Source: Eledone cirrhosa
Taxonomy: Eukaryota
DNA: 64,000 nt
Direction: 5' to 3'
Assembly: GCA_964016885.1 (NCBI GenBank)
Contig: OZ024740.1
Location: forward strand, 100,626,001-100,690,000
A model generated the notes under the pieces. The model made no database searches. It was not told the origin of the DNA and worked only from the letters and a program-made list of their open reading frames with translations. The translations under genes and the position numbers were made by a program. Within the stretch, counting starts at the first letter, position 1. Every line of letters starts with the position of its first letter. Positions 25,052 to 39,198 of this stretch are shown here, piece by piece.

Positions 25052-26690
25052 CATGGATGACATTGCATGAGAGACTGCTGAATTAAGAGAATAAATGGGA
25101 CAGTGAGGGCATACCTCATGCAGACCCAGCTGGAGGACTAGCTATAAAAGTTGACAGCAGTGTGATAGATAAAACAATTAAGAACATTAAGGTAGGGAAG
25201 GCAGGACCATCTGGAAAAGTTGGCAAGATGCTAAAAGCATCTGGCATGATAGGATATGAGCTAGTCAGACACAGTCAAGTAGTACAGGATGGTTTCATAC
25301 CCAGTGAGTGCAGCAATAGCATTATAATGTGCCACAAAGATGCATTAGAGAGAGGTAAATACATAGGTCTCAAGTTGATGGACCAGGTAATGAAAGTTGT
25401 TGAAAGGGGTATAGAACAACTCATTAGAGAAAGAACCAAGTTAGTTAAGATGCAGTTTTGATTGGTGTTACATCGGAGTACTGCTAATGCACTATTTCTG
25501 GTGAAAAAACTGCAGAAGTACTTAGATAAGAGTAAATCACTGTATCTAGCTTTAGTAGGTATCGAGAAGGTTTTTGACAGCGTCCCATGCTTGGTAGTCT
25601 GGTGAGCACTTAGAAAGCTAGGTGTAGATGAATGGCTTGTGGGGGCCATGCAAGCTATGTATAAAGGTACAACCAGCAAAGTGTGAGTTGCCAATGAGTA
25701 CAGTGATGAAGTGCAAGGGAAGGTAAATACCCAATAGGGCTCAGTCTTCTGTTCACTTCTGCTTATCATTATCCTTCAAGCCATCACTGAGGTATTCAAA
25801 ACTGGCCCTCTATGGGAACCCCAATGACCTAGTCTGCATAGCTGAATTTGTTGGTGTGTTTGAGGCAAAATTTCAAGTATGGAAGAAAACCCTAGAGCTG
25901 AAAAGCCTAAAGATAAATTTAGAAACATGAAAGTCTGAATAAGTAGGAAAGCTGACAGGAAGCTGATATCATCAGGGATGTAGCCTTGATAAATATGTCA
26001 GAAAGGGGTGAGCAGAAATTCCATAAAGTCCACACTGTGTAATCTATGGATGCACAAGAGATGTAGAGGGATTGCAGACAAGATAACGGAAATTATATAC
26101 TTTGTGTGCAACAGATGCACAAGAAATGCTCCTTAAATGTTGTTTACAGCCTTTGTTTCCTAGCGTACCTAATTAGCAGTGGGGGAAGATTCTCTGAAAG
26201 TGTGAGAGTCAGGATAAGAACAGTCTAGAAGATGTTTAAGGAGCTGGTACCTCTGCTGATAACAAATGGCATCTCTCTCAGAGTGAAGGGTAGACAGTAT
26301 AATGCCTGTGTGCAAACTTCAATTAGAGATAGCAGTAGCCCTGTGAAGGCGAGTAAGAAAATAAATGAGTATTCTCTGATGGATGTGAAATGTTAGTGAG
26401 CATGACTATCATAGTATAAGCGATCTGAAAGAAAAACTTGTCATAAGTGGAATTGGATGTAGTTTGTAAGAGAGAAAACTGCATTGGTATGAACATGCGA
26501 TGCATATAGAAGGTGCCAGCTGTATGAACAAAATGAAGAGAAACCTCTATGGCCAGGACTTGTGGAAGAGGCAAACCAAGGAAAACGTGGAACAAGATAG
26601 TGAAAACTGACCTTAAGAAACTAAATCTCACAGCAGAGGTGACAAAAGCTGTGCTGGTAAAGACTCAGCTACCAGCATATAATGTGGCCT
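25052..26690 (+). mobile_element. Old RTE LINE copy with many stops
   Basis: GKAGPSG, GLKLMDQVMKVVER, EKVFDSVP, LRKLGVDEWLV, PHD remnant (LCNLWMHKRC..VCNRC), CGRGKPRKTW. Confidence 0.85.
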
Positions 26691-29600
26691 AATGCATCCA
26701 AATGTCACCTGTGTCCCCTAGCACTCCCTAGTAGCTATGTTCACCATCACTACACGTCCCCACCCCATCCATGCCCCTTCCATTATCACTCCTTATCTAG
26801 TTCCTTTTAGTGATCTTCACTATCACACTGTAGTAGCTACTCTTTTTGCTCCTGTGCACTTCCTATTCTACCATTCCTTTGCTGTTCTCTCTTTCACTAC
26901 ACTTTCCCCTTTCCTAACACTAGTGAGTGAAACCACTTGCACTATTGACCACACCATCTATGCCTCTACCACTATCTCTCTTTAGGTATTTCCCCACCAA
27001 CACATCCCCTCTCGCCATATGCTATCAAAGATCATGCCTCTCCCTACTCATCATAAAGGCACCACTTTGAGCTTTCTCAATCTGCTCAAAATAGCAACTA
27101 AATTCCCCTCAAATCCCAACCTACTACCTTGAAATAAAAGGCACATTGTATATTGTACTATGACATACACTATGCCTGAAAAAATATGGGATGATCATGG
27201 CTGGACACCTTTTGATCATTGTTCTACTCTAAAAGGAATGATCTATGGCTAAACAACAACAACCATTTTCTTCATTTGTGTCCTTTTGCCAATAAATACT
27301 GTCAAAGTATATAAATATTATCATCATCATCATTTTACATGTTTCCCATGCTAGCATATATGGGTCATTACAGACCAAGTCATCTAAATTAGAGCTACTC
27401 TGTTTTTAGATGAGTTAGGGGAATATTTCTTGCTCAATATGTTCTATTTTTGTTTTCTACAGTTGGATGTCCTTCCAAAAACAAAACCCTTTACAGAATG
27501 CACTAGGTGCATTTTATCCTGCCAACAGCACTTGATAGGTTGTCATGTGCTTCATATGACTGGGGAGCTCTCTCTCTCATCTCTTTGACCTGTTTATAGC
27601 TAGATGCCCTTTCTAAATACTGACTGCCTTAAATAGTTTAGTGAGTACATTTTCTTGTAACTGAAGACTCCTTTTTTTCCTTTGTAGTTTACTTTCAAAA
27701 CATTAATGAAAGAAAATTATAATTTTTGAATAAAATCCTTTGTGAAAATTAAGTTCTTTGCACCAAGTCACAGACATTCTCTCATCAATAAGAAATACAG
27801 TGAACCAGAGGCTGATCTATTTGGAAATCTATAACAAATGATGGTATATTCGCAAATTGTGATAAAAAAAAATGTTTCTTGTATTCTTTACCATTTCTAG
27901 TGATTGTTCATCAGCATTTGTGTATTTGTCTGATCTATAGATTAAGACTATTTGTTTTTGTTATACCACAAAGGTTATATTTCAAACAGAAATGATTACA
28001 GAATAGAGATGGAAGGTTACTGCCATATATTGCATAAATCAAATGATAAACCAATTATGTTCCATAACCAGAATACCATAATAACCAGCGTCATTGGAAC
28101 AAGCTTTTATCTGCCAATTAATTTCATTAGCAAAACCAAAACATTGTTTACACTCAAGTAGTTTTTTTTTCTGTGTGATAGCAACCCATAGATATAGACT
28201 AAATGGCAGTGCTGGATTATGATCCTTAACAATGAATAAGGACACACAATGGCACCAATCACTATTTACAGAATACATAACAGAAATTGAAATAATATGA
28301 AACTGGCCAAAATCTCAAAATTGCTTTTATTACATCGATTTCTACCTTTTTTGAAGTGTTTTTACTGTTCTCATATATTACAATATCATGGCTAGCTAAT
28401 ATCAAGCATAGGAATCTATGAGACATAGAACGTGGTGTATTAATTGATGGCATCATTCTTTTAGCTGTTATCACTATTCTTCCTATTTTATATCATTTTT
28501 ATCCCTATCTTGTCCCTTTCTGTGTTTCCTCCACTATTCTTCTTGAGTTTTCTTTTTAGATTTAGGATAATTGATTTTCCCCCTATCAGATATTCGTAAC
28601 AGAAAATAATTCTTCACTTTCTATGACATGGAAAATTTCTGGAGCAATTTTTAGATTTTTATTTATTTTTATGTTTCTGTAAAGATCTGCCAGGAGTTCC
28701 AGATGAAAGGAGAAGGAAGTGGGTGACTGATCTCAGAATGTTAAACTTCACAAAGGAGATGATAAAAGAATGCTACGAGTGATGAGATGTTGTTTTGGAA
28801 TAATTTTGTCCTACCCATGCAAGCATGGAAGAAAAGGTGAAAAAATGGTAATGATGATGATAACCTTTTTGCTTTTAGAATATAGCCTGTGGCAGGCTCA
28901 TTTACTATTTAGTGTACAGTGAATTGGCTGAGTCATTAGAGCATATGACAAACTGTGGATGGCACAATGCTGGTGCCAAAATAAAATACACCTAGTTCTC
29001 TCTATAAATGTTACCCAGTCCAATCTATAAATTGGTGAAACTGGTGCTACAATAAATGACACCCAGTGCAACCCTAGTATCTCCAGTTTCACTCCTAACA
29101 ACATCCAACTCTTGCTCAGCTCTGCATCTCTCCATGAGTGCTACCTTTATCAGACATTTACCTGCCTCCTCCCATTATTATCTCCCTTCATTCTGATGGG
29201 ATTGCAGCATCCTCTTTAATGTTGGTACCACAATGAAATAAACCTAGTACATTCTGTTAAGTGGCAGTACTGGTGTCATGATAAATTGCACCAAAGCCAG
29301 GACTTGGTATTTGGAAGGGCAATGAGCAGTAAAAAAACATGCTAGAAATGGAATGCATGAGCAAAGCTTGGTTCTCAAAATCTCATCATGTCTCAGACTG
29401 ACAACCCATCCAACACGTGCCTACACAAAAAAAACAATGAAAATGATAGATTATCATCATTTAACACAAATTTTCTTTGCTAACAAGTGTTGGATGAGTC
29501 TTCATGGTCCCAGTCAATACACAAGTGGGGCTACTGTCCTCCAAGACAAGTTCACATCTCACATATAATCCTGTGTTCTACCAAGTACATTTTATTGTAG

Positions 29601-29829
29601 TACCAACAGTAAAGGCAATGTCATGTCTTTGACTTAATTAAAAGGTCATTTCAACCCTTTGTTTGGCAAGCTCTCTATGGCTGGACGCTCTTTCTATCAC
29701 AAATCAATTTACAGTGTGTACTGGGTGAGTTTACCACGTAGATCACCAACACTAAAGAGGTTGTCGCAACATTAACACAGCATTCTTGACCATTTTGTAA
29801 TTTTTGAGAGGCGTGTAATGATAAAGAGA

Positions 29830-31100
29830 ACAGCTAAGATGTGGTAATGAAGGGAGCATGGATGGGGTACACAGGGGTGGATATGTGAATACATTAGCTA
29901 ATAAGCTGTGATAGTGAGGATGGTGTGTACATCTAACTAGCTCATCACCTACCATGTCAGATGCTTTTAGCATTTGCGCATCTATACCAGTTAGTCCAGC
30001 TGCTACCTTACTTTAATTTTCTTAATTGCTTTGTTTATCACACTGCTGTCAAATTTTATGGCTGGTCCCCCTGTTGGGTCTATATGGGGTTTGCCCTTTC
30101 TATCCTATTTATTCGCTTCATACAGCAGTCTCTCATAGTAAGTCTTCCATGCCTCTTTCTTTTTAACTTAAAACAGAGCAAGTTCTACAATCATTTTGGA
30201 CACACTTTTCACCAACCACATCATAATTTTCTCTAGAACTCTCACAATCTGGAATTGTTCAGACCTCTAATCTTTACAAATCTGGACATGTGCAACTTCT
30301 TTACTGCCTCTCTTCTTTTTAGGTATACCTGGTGTATGCCCCCCCCCCCCTTCAAACTATTTTGTATTGCTCTCTGTTTCCCTCTCTTCTCATGTCCCCA
30401 TAGGCTTATCTGTTTATTTTAATGGTCCTATCTACCTTATCCTTCCATCACTATGTCACCCACCCCATCTTGGAGGGTCCTTGCTCCAAACACAAACCTG
30501 GTTTGCAGTTTCGAGTAGGTTGTCCCTTAAATATCTTCAATTTTTTCTTAATGATGTATGTCTCAACCTCCTCTTCCCTACTGGCATAAGTATCAAGCAG
30601 GATGTTTCTCAATTTTTTGCCTGCTGATAGTTCTCTCAGATTCCATGTCTTCCTTCTCTAGACTGGCTTTTATCTCTTAGACTATTTATCAATGACCTTA
30701 GAGTAAGGACTAGACAGACTATGTTGGTATAAACATTCATCTCTAGGAAAGGACTTGACACATCTAAAACCATTCACTTATCTTATTTCTTAATGAAACA
30801 AAAATCTATTTTGTTTGTATGCAAATTAAGGTAGGTAATCAGACGGCTAGCTGGTCTTCTGAAGTTTTTTGTTGTAGATGGTTAGGTTAAGAACATCACA
30901 GAAGCGTTGACCCCTCCTCATTTTTGTACTCTATCTATAGCGTTCATGTATGCTGGGAAATCTGTCATGCTTTTTCCCAACGTCCATTGATGTCACCAGC
31001 TGAACTATCTGGATCACTATTACTTGTGAATGAAGTAGTCTGGAAGAGGACAACATAGAATTGGTTCTCCTGCTTCTCTGCAACTTCAGCCTGTGTGGTA
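29830..31100 (-). mobile_element. Old RTE LINE 5' half (APE endonuclease to start of RT)
   Basis: YTTQAEVAEKQENQFY..AGDING (APE GDFN motif); MLKASDMVGDELV at 29973. Confidence 0.7.
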
Positions 31101-31689
31101 TATATATATATGTTAGTATATGTGTTTAAAATACCATAGTATTTAAAACATTCAAACGTTAACTGAATGAGCATACAATACTAGTGGATAGAGTGTAAAA
31201 TGTTATTTTCTAAGTAGAAAAGTGATCATCTGTTTTTTTATGATCTTGTCATAAAAAGGAAACTTGCATTCATTCTGCGGAAAAAAAAAAAAAAATGAAG
31301 CAATACTAATTTCATCAGTATTCTAGGCTGAATATATTAATAAGAAATTAGTAATTACTTGAAATTCCCAGTGTTAATAACTATAAGATGCAGATGACAC
31401 TTTTTAATTAATATATGGCAAATTATATTTCAAATTATTTCATATTTCGTAATCAAACGATTCATTTTAATCAAACAAATTAGCATTTTACTGTAAACAA
31501 CAGTTTTGTAAGAAGTAAATATAACTAAAAGTGCTTTCTCTATACATACCTATATTATATACGCACACATACACACATATCCTTGAAAGCATGGAAAAAC
31601 AAACATAATGTGATAATGATGATGATATACTGTAGGATGACTATATAAGAAATGCAATATTACATAGTAGGGGGACATAGTTGGTAAAT

Positions 31690-31900
31690 GCAGAAGCTAA
31701 GTGGTTGCTGGAGAGAAATGAAGTTAGCATGCTTCATTACACGGGTAATGCTAGTTTGTGTGCATGAATGACGAGGCATAGATGAAGTTAGAAAAAAACT
31801 TGGTATGAAAAGAATCAGTTGCAGTATGTAAGAGAGAAAACTGTGCTGGTACAGACGTTAAATACATAGAGATAAGAAATGATGGATGAAGTGCCAGAAA
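31690..31900 (+). mobile_element. Old RTE 3' fragment
   Basis: LERNEVSMLH and ERKLCWY motifs. Confidence 0.6.
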
Positions 31901-31911
31901 ATAACATTAGT

Positions 31912-32550
31912 CAGGCCGGTCCATCATATGCACAAGGCAATGAAACTATCCAGCATGTACTCATCCAGTGTCAGAGCATTATTGGCTTATGTATGCTGAA
32001 CAGCTACTTTTTCATGCAAAGTCCATCTTAGCCCCACTATCTTCCTTTAGTTGGGTAAGACAAGCACTTTTATCTGCCTATTAGCCATGGTAAAAGAGGT
32101 TATGTGGTGAGCACAACTGAGAAGACTAAAACAGACACTTTCCTCTTTAGAGAAGACCTGATTAAGATATAAAGTTTCACTCAGGTGAGAAAACTATGGT
32201 GGAGAAGCAAGTTCCAGCCAGTTTGTTGAAAAGTGGATGAAAGTGTTGAGCATATTAAAAGTCTACCAGCTTGCTCTAAATATATATATATAGAATGCAG
32301 GAGGACAAATAAGAGCCGGCTCCTTCCCTAGAATTGAGAGTGGCCATGTGTTTTTATGGCTATTCTCCATAAATGATGCTCAGGTGTATCCCTTGCTTAG
32401 TGGGGAAATTTCTTTTGTTTTAATTTTACATGTTTTTGTTATAATTTTATATGAAAAAAAGAAATACCCTATATTATCCTGTATTGTCCTTCACTATCAA
32501 TGTTTTCATTCAGTGGGCCCTTTGCAATTAATAAAAAAAATTATTACTAT
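31912..32550 (+). mobile_element. Old Tx1/L1-like 3' fragment
   Basis: NETIQHVLIQC and LLAMVKEVMW; 3'UTR ends CCCTTTG..AATAAAAAAAATTATTA like the other Tx1 copies. Confidence 0.7.
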
Positions 32551-32658
32551 TTTCATTATAGTTGTGAAGCTACATCAGTAAATCAAGAGCCTAGAGTTTT
32601 GTGTTTATCAAATTTGATAAACTTGATAAGTGATTTCATGTGTGCATGTATATATATA

Positions 32659-32881
32659 TAGTGATATTAATAAATTTGAAGACTAAAATCCAAAGAGGGC
32701 TCGATAAGGATAAATATATATCAAATATATAAGAACCGTAAAGCAAATATTTATTAAAATATTTAATAAATATATATATATAATTATTAAAATAACAGAT
32801 TAAAGTTTAAGCAAAGAATCGCTGTTTTCACCCTTAACGGGATCTTCTTTGGATTTTAGTCTTCAAATTTATTATCATTAC

Positions 32882-32883
<2 letters not shown>
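32659..32883. mobile_element. Element with ~38-bp inverted ends inserted in (TA)n (copy 2 of the 1884 family)
   Basis: TAGTGATATTAATAAATTTGAAGACTAAAATCCAAAGA versus TCTTTGGATTTTAGTCTTCAAATTTATTATCATTACTA; TA runs on both sides. Confidence 0.75.
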
Positions 32884-32970
<87 letters not shown>

Positions 32971-33539
32971 TCATCGTTTTAACATCTGCTTTCCCTGCTG
33001 GCAAGAGTTGGACAGGTCCATAAAGATCATGTCAGTACTGAAGCGGAGCCACTGATATCCCAGGCAGGTCAGGGATTTGTGTCTCACTCATGTACGGGCT
33101 CACATTCCATTGAGTATTGAGGAGAGATTGTCATGCTTTAACACAACTGAGGGTCCCCAACCCTTTTTTGGCAACATTTCTATGGCTAGATGCCTTTCCC
33201 ATGCCCTACCTCTTTACAGTATGTACTGTATGCGTTTATTGTGTAAATCCTCAACACTAGGGAAGTTGTCATGTCCATGATATGACTGAAGGATCCTCCT
33301 GACACTTTGTTTGGCCAGCTCTCCATGGCTGAAAGCCCTTCCTATCACAAACCACTTCATGGATGGTGGGTGGGAGGTAGTTACTATGAATGTGTGTTTG
33401 GAGGTGGGTGAAGTAGTGAAGTTGAATTTAGTAGGCTTAGGTTGAAGAAAATCTCATGTAAAAAGTGGACCTGAGTTTTTGTCACTGACTAGGATTTAAC
33501 AAAAAAGTTATATTAGTCAATTTTATGAGACATCTTAAT

Positions 33540-34000
33540 TTATTTGATGATCTCTTTGACATGATATACTATTTCTTTTGTCATACAATTTCTTCCAAGC
33601 AAGCAAAAACTGTTGTTAATAAAATTACAATTTTTGTGGGTAGCAGTATTCCAGCTGTCATACTTGGTAGATATTTATATACATTCGAAACTATAAACTT
33701 TTGAATAAAAAAAGTTTGGTATTTTTAGTTGAGTAGTTTGTGGAAGTTATAAAGAGGGGAATATTTTGGAAATAGTTTTAATACTGTGTTTGGCTAAAAG
33801 GGAGGATAGCTGCAAAGTAAAGGGTGGATTAAACCACTTAACTTGGTTGGTGGTTAATCTAATACTATGGTTGTATTTTACACTCCCCTGCGATGTAGTT
33901 CCAAAGTGTACATCACTGCAAGCTTTGGATATATCATTCAATACATCTTCATTTGATAAGAGGGTTAAAAGTTTAAAAAGATATTTCTCACTAAGTTCTT
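33540..34000 (-). mobile_element. Penelope-like element fragment (post-RT region)
   Basis: VKWFNPPF...SKIFP, resembling the WFNPP(F/Y) motif of GIY-YIG PLEs. Confidence 0.55.
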
Positions 34001-34172
34001 CGTAATACTCTGTGGATAAGTAAGTATACATATTGACTATTGCAATGTAACAAAAATGAAATCTAAACACCCGTGAACATCCTACTTAAGCAACTAGTGT
34101 ATCATTTGGTTTTCTGCTCTAGCATGTATTATGTAAGTTTAGCATTTTAACCCATTAACCCTATCATTAATA

Positions 34173-34348
34173 ATTGTTTCTACTTTTGGCACAAGCTCAG
34201 CAATTACCCAGTGCATTACTGGTACTTTATTTTATCGACCCCGTAAGGCAAAGTTAACCTTGGCAGGATTTGAACTCAGAATGGCAAGGGCCGTAACTCT
34301 ATGTGTCAAAGCATGGCGTCCGACCCTCTACCGATACTGCCAATTCAC
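34173..34348 (-). mobile_element. Young tRNA-derived SINE with 16-bp TSD
   Basis: A/B boxes on the minus strand; TSD AACCCTAT(C/T)ATTAATA at 34157-34172 and 34349-34364. Confidence 0.92.
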
Positions 34349-35673
34349 AACCCTATTATTAATATGTTCAAGGACATAAACTTTCAAGCAAACAAGCATG
34401 TACTTAAAATATATTTTAGTAGGTCAAAATTATTTATAATCATTCTACAATACATTTATAATTCTTCAACCAGTTCTCAAACCATTAGGAAAAAATAGAA
34501 ACTTACATTTTATGCATTATTTTTTGTCATATTCATAAACCATTAAGTCTTGTTTCATAAGCCTACATATAAAAAAATATAAACAACACTAAAATTAGAT
34601 GTTGTTAGTATGAGATAAAGATTCTCATTTATAATGTAATCTATAATTCTATCCAAGAATTTATAACTCCCAAGTATAGATTAAAGGTGTATATGAACCT
34701 GAATACAATATGTTTCATCATCATCATTGTCCATTTTCCTTGCTAGCAAGGGTTGGACATGTCGACACAAACAGATCAGTGCTCAAGTAGAACCGCTGAA
34801 CTCAAGATAGGCTGAGGAGTCCAACATATAATCCTACACTCTACTGGATACATTTCATTGTGACACCAACACTAGGAAAGTTATCATGTCCTTGGTATAG
34901 TAAAGAGTCTTTCTAATCTTTTGTTTGACAGGTTTTCTATGACATGATGCCCTTTCTATCATCAACCACTTTAAGGATACTGGGTACATTGATCCTCAAG
35001 ATCACAAAAACCTAGAGTGGTTGCCATGCCATTGACATAATTAAAGAGTCCTCTGAACACTTGTTGGCATGGTTCTACAATGGGATGCCCTTCCTATTGC
35101 CAACCACCTTTCAAGGTGTAGATTGTTCTCAATTGCAACAGTTTATTTTATTCTAATTAAAAACACATGCATAACAGAATTTATTAATAGATTAGTTTTG
35201 TTAATTTATATTTATAGACAAGCATGAATCCCTATTCATAAGATTTTACTTAAATGAAAATTTAAAATTGTCATTAATTGCACACATACACCTTTAGCTC
35301 CCATAGTTCATTTTTGATTTATATCTTATTTCTCTCATCTATGACACATCTTTCTTATTCTGTATAACCATATTAAATTTTGTCTTGCTTCCATACTATC
35401 AGTTGCCACAACCACCAACTATTAGCTATTTAGTTTCTTCCATCTCAAATAACCTTTATGAATGGATTTCTTTTTGGAAAAAAAGGAAAATCAGATCCTA
35501 AAATATATTTTTTCCATGCTCTTTCCAACTTCACCTTTTCTCTATATTCACTGTTTATATTCACTCTTCTGTATAGAACCTTACTTCCCTTTTCTAATGA
35601 GTGTTCCAGCTGTTTCATCAAAAGAATAGCCTGCTTGCAATGTTTATGTGCAAGTAACTCAGCATTCCATAAT

Positions 35674-35853
35674 TGTTTCTACTTTTGGCACAAGGCCATC
35701 AATTACCCAGTACATTACTGGTACTTTATTTTATCGACCCCGTAAGGATGAAAGGCAAAGTTAACCTCGGCGGGATTTGAACTCAGACCGCAAAGGGACG
35801 TAACTATGCTGGAAAGCATGGCGTCCGACCCTCTACCGATACTGCCAATCCAC
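35674..35853 (-). mobile_element. Young tRNA-derived SINE
   Basis: Same family; TSD CCATAAT at 35667-35673 and 35854-35860. Confidence 0.92.
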
Positions 35854-36257
35854 CCATAATGATTCTCATAGAGATTCAATGTGACACAATGTGTTACAAA
35901 GTTAGCTTATGACTTGCAATCAGTCTATTCAACAGGCTTCCAAGTAGTTTTTCTATACCCAATTTCATTCATGAGGTTTGTGTCAACCAAAGGCTATGGT
36001 AAATGACACTTGCCTGAGATTCCACACAGTGGAATTATTCCTGGAACCTTATGATTGCAAAGTAAAATTATTTTCCATTCATCTATGCTTCATCCATGAG
36101 TCATACTATGTATATATATATATACCACAGAATAATCAGAATGGGCTTTGTAAATGGGGGCTTTTCCCTCCTTGATCAGTTATGCCCGCGATAATCTATA
36201 CGATCTCAACAGTTGTCACAATACTTCTATGAAACTGTTTGTATTGTTATGTATACA

Positions 36258-36596
36258 CCACTGGCTGTAGTGTTACATCTACAACACTGGATGTAGTCTT
36301 ACATCTACAACATTGGCTGTACTGTCACATCTACAACACTGGCTGTACTGTTACATCTACAACACTGGCTGTACTGTTACATCTAGAACACTGGCTGTAC
36401 TGTTACATCTACAACACTAACTGTATGTTACATCTACAACACTAACTGTATGTTACATGTACAACACTAGCTGTAGTGTTACATCTACAACAATGGCTGT
36501 AGTGTTAAATCTACAACACTGGCTGTAGTGTTACATCTACAACACTAGCTGTAGTGTTACGTATACAACAACTGGCTCTAGTGTTACAGCTACAAA
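36258..36596. repeat. 26-bp minisatellite, about 13 units
   Basis: Consensus CTGGCTGTAGTGTTACATCTACAACA, with 25-bp variants. Confidence 0.95.
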
Positions 36597-37918
36597 CGTA
36601 GTTCTGTAGTTCATTCAACTCTCCATAATCTAATTTCCATTGACAGGTATTCTGTTTGCAGCATTGATGTCAATATCAATATGAAAAAATAATTTGTGAA
36701 GGTGATTTTATCTATTTAGATTCCTGACCCCAATCACATATTTTATTAACTTTTGCTGATCATGTTGTTTTGGGGTAATTTCTGACAAAATCTTCCTATG
36801 CTTAAGAACACCAGTAGAGATGCTATTGTAAACATAATAAGAAACATAGTTGATTAGATGGTAAGGCAAATGAGCAGTAACCTGGGTTTATAAGTGATCT
36901 AGAGGCTATTAATAATACTTGAAACTACTTTTGAACTCAACAGTAGCATCATCATCATTGTTTGACAGTAGGAGCAGATAGCCACAATCCTTTTATGCCC
37001 ATACCAACTACCACGATCAGTTGTGGTCCCATGGTCAAGTGATTAGCTGTCTTTTAAGGAGATTTGAACCCCAAGGCAGAATTTGAACTCAGAATGCAAA
37101 GTAGCAGAACAGATACCACAAGGCATCTTGTCCAATGCTCTAACAAATCTATCAACCCACTACTCCTGGACTTATACTTTAGTTTTGCAACCCCAAATGG
37201 ATTAAAGTGAAAGCTGACCGCTGTGTGTGAGCCCAGAATGCATATAGCCAGAAAAATACCACTAGATATTCGTTTTGATGACCCAAAGACTTACAATTTA
37301 CTGCAATTACTGAGTATTAGCTGGGTCCCTTAATGCCAGTAATATATACCTTTGGATCTGTACAACCTGAAATACTTAACTAAAACTATTCAGATGCTAT
37401 CGAATGAGTATCATGCCACAAGGCTTTTAGAAAAAATTAAACTACCGCATTAGATGTATAGAATGAAAAGCATACTTCTACGATACTTCTGAAGTATGCT
37501 CAACAAAACCCTTAATAAAAATGTGATATAGACTTTCTAAATTTAAATTCTGTAAATCCCATAATCCTTTCTGAAGCAAACTTAAAAAGTTGTAAGATGC
37601 GCTGTTATTTTCGAATAAAATTTAAAATCTGAACCAGGTAGAAAACTGCTTAAACATACAACTGCACACTAATAGAATAACACAAAGCTGTATGAGGGAC
37701 ATATCACAGAGCTATTACAACATTAATAGTGAAATAAAAGACATAATACTAAAACTTTAAATTGATAACAGACCAGAAACACTAGCAATGTGTAAAACAG
37801 TTATCACAATTCAGAAGCATAGAATAACTTTGCTTGTACACCTTACTCTATGTTGTTAAACACACCTCATTTTGAGATCTAATTAGTTTTAAAGAAAATT
37901 CTGAGAAAGATTAATAAT

Positions 37919-38005
37919 TGTTTCTACTTTTGGCACAAGGCCAGCAATTACCCAGTGTATTACTGGTACTTTATTTTATCGACCCCGTAAGGATGAAAGG
38001 ATTTT
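37919..38005 (-). mobile_element. 5'-truncated young SINE with 13-bp TSD
   Basis: TSD AAAGATTAATAAT at 37906-37918 and 38006-38018. Confidence 0.88.
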
Positions 38006-38019
38006 AAAGATTAATAATA

Positions 38020-38720
38020 TCATCAAGAAAGCTACAATTCTTATCCAATGTAGTGATGACTTGGTTTGATAAAATTTGTAATAAAAACAACACGAAATAT
38101 ATTCAATTTGGCATTGTAGATTTATATCAATTAATCTTTATTATTAAATAAGACACTAGTAGAATTCACTTTTTCAAACATGGGGTTCATGATAATGATG
38201 TATACATTACAATTTATGCTAAATAGATGCTTGTTTTGGGGGCAGAAGATCTGCTCCTAGCAGTGCCTTTGGCACAAAATATGGGATCAAGTAAAATTGC
38301 TGTCCCTTTATACTTTGCCTTATGCAGAGATGATGGTTTAGTTATTTTTTAATAAAACAAATGAATAGACATTAGGCAAAATATGGAAAAAGGTTGCTCG
38401 AAATTTTAGATCTTTCAGTTATAAAATCTGTGTAGAGATAAACTTAACCATATTTAATCTTTTGGATATTGCCCTAGATTTAAGCACTAACTCACAAACA
38501 CTTTTAAAAGAACCCAAAGGTAAGATCTTACTTTCATAAACACAAATTCATGTTGCTCGTCTTTAGTATTTAAAAAGTTAATTAATAACATAAGTAGGAT
38601 TTTGAGCAATTCTAGAAAATAGCTACTTTTTTGTTAAGCAATATTGCCTTCAAATAAAAAGGAAGCCACTGGGCTGAAACGTTGCCTCTACCTTTGCAAC
38701 ATTAGCAAGGAGTTTTAAAA
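38020..38720 (+). mobile_element. Penelope-like RT remnant
   Basis: KYIQFGIVDLY (FDIVDFYPSI-like), CRDDGL (YRDDGL-like), NLLDIALDLST (NFLD-like). Confidence 0.6.
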
Positions 38721-38915
38721 GAAAAACAAAAACAGTTATACATGTGTGAAAACTACAGATTATTTTTGATCAGTGCTTTAAAGCATATCTAAAAGAAAAT
38801 TGGAGATAATACCTCAATTATGGATTTATGTTTTAGAATATAAATAAGGGGGAGCTTATAGATTTTTAAGAAAAGATTAACAGCATGTATGAATCAATCA
38901 AAATTACAATAAATA

Positions 38916-39198
38916 TAATTGTTTCTACTTTTGGCACAAGGCCAGCAATTATCCCAGTGCATTACTGGTTCTTTATTTTATCGACCCCATAACGATGAAA
39001 GGCTAAGTTAACCTTGGCGGGATTTGAACTCAGGTCATAAAGGGACATAACTCTATGCTGGAAAGCATGGCGTCTGACCCTCTACCAATACTGCCAATCC
39101 ACCAAAAATAATTGTTTCTACCTTTGGCACAAGGCCAGCAATAACCCATTACATTACTGGTACTTTATTTTATCGACCCCATAAGGATGAAAGGCAAA
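38916..39198 (-). mobile_element. Tandem young SINEs (full-length + truncated)
   Basis: Full copy at 38916-39103 followed by a second 3' half at 39108-39198. Confidence 0.9.

Noticed and set aside
30965-31092. Apparent host exon on the minus strand after CACAG
   Set aside because: The peptide matches RTE APE motifs and is collinear with RTE remnants down to 29830.
36258-36596. CRISPR-like array
   Set aside because: Units are contiguous with no unique spacers, there are no cas genes, and the context is eukaryotic.
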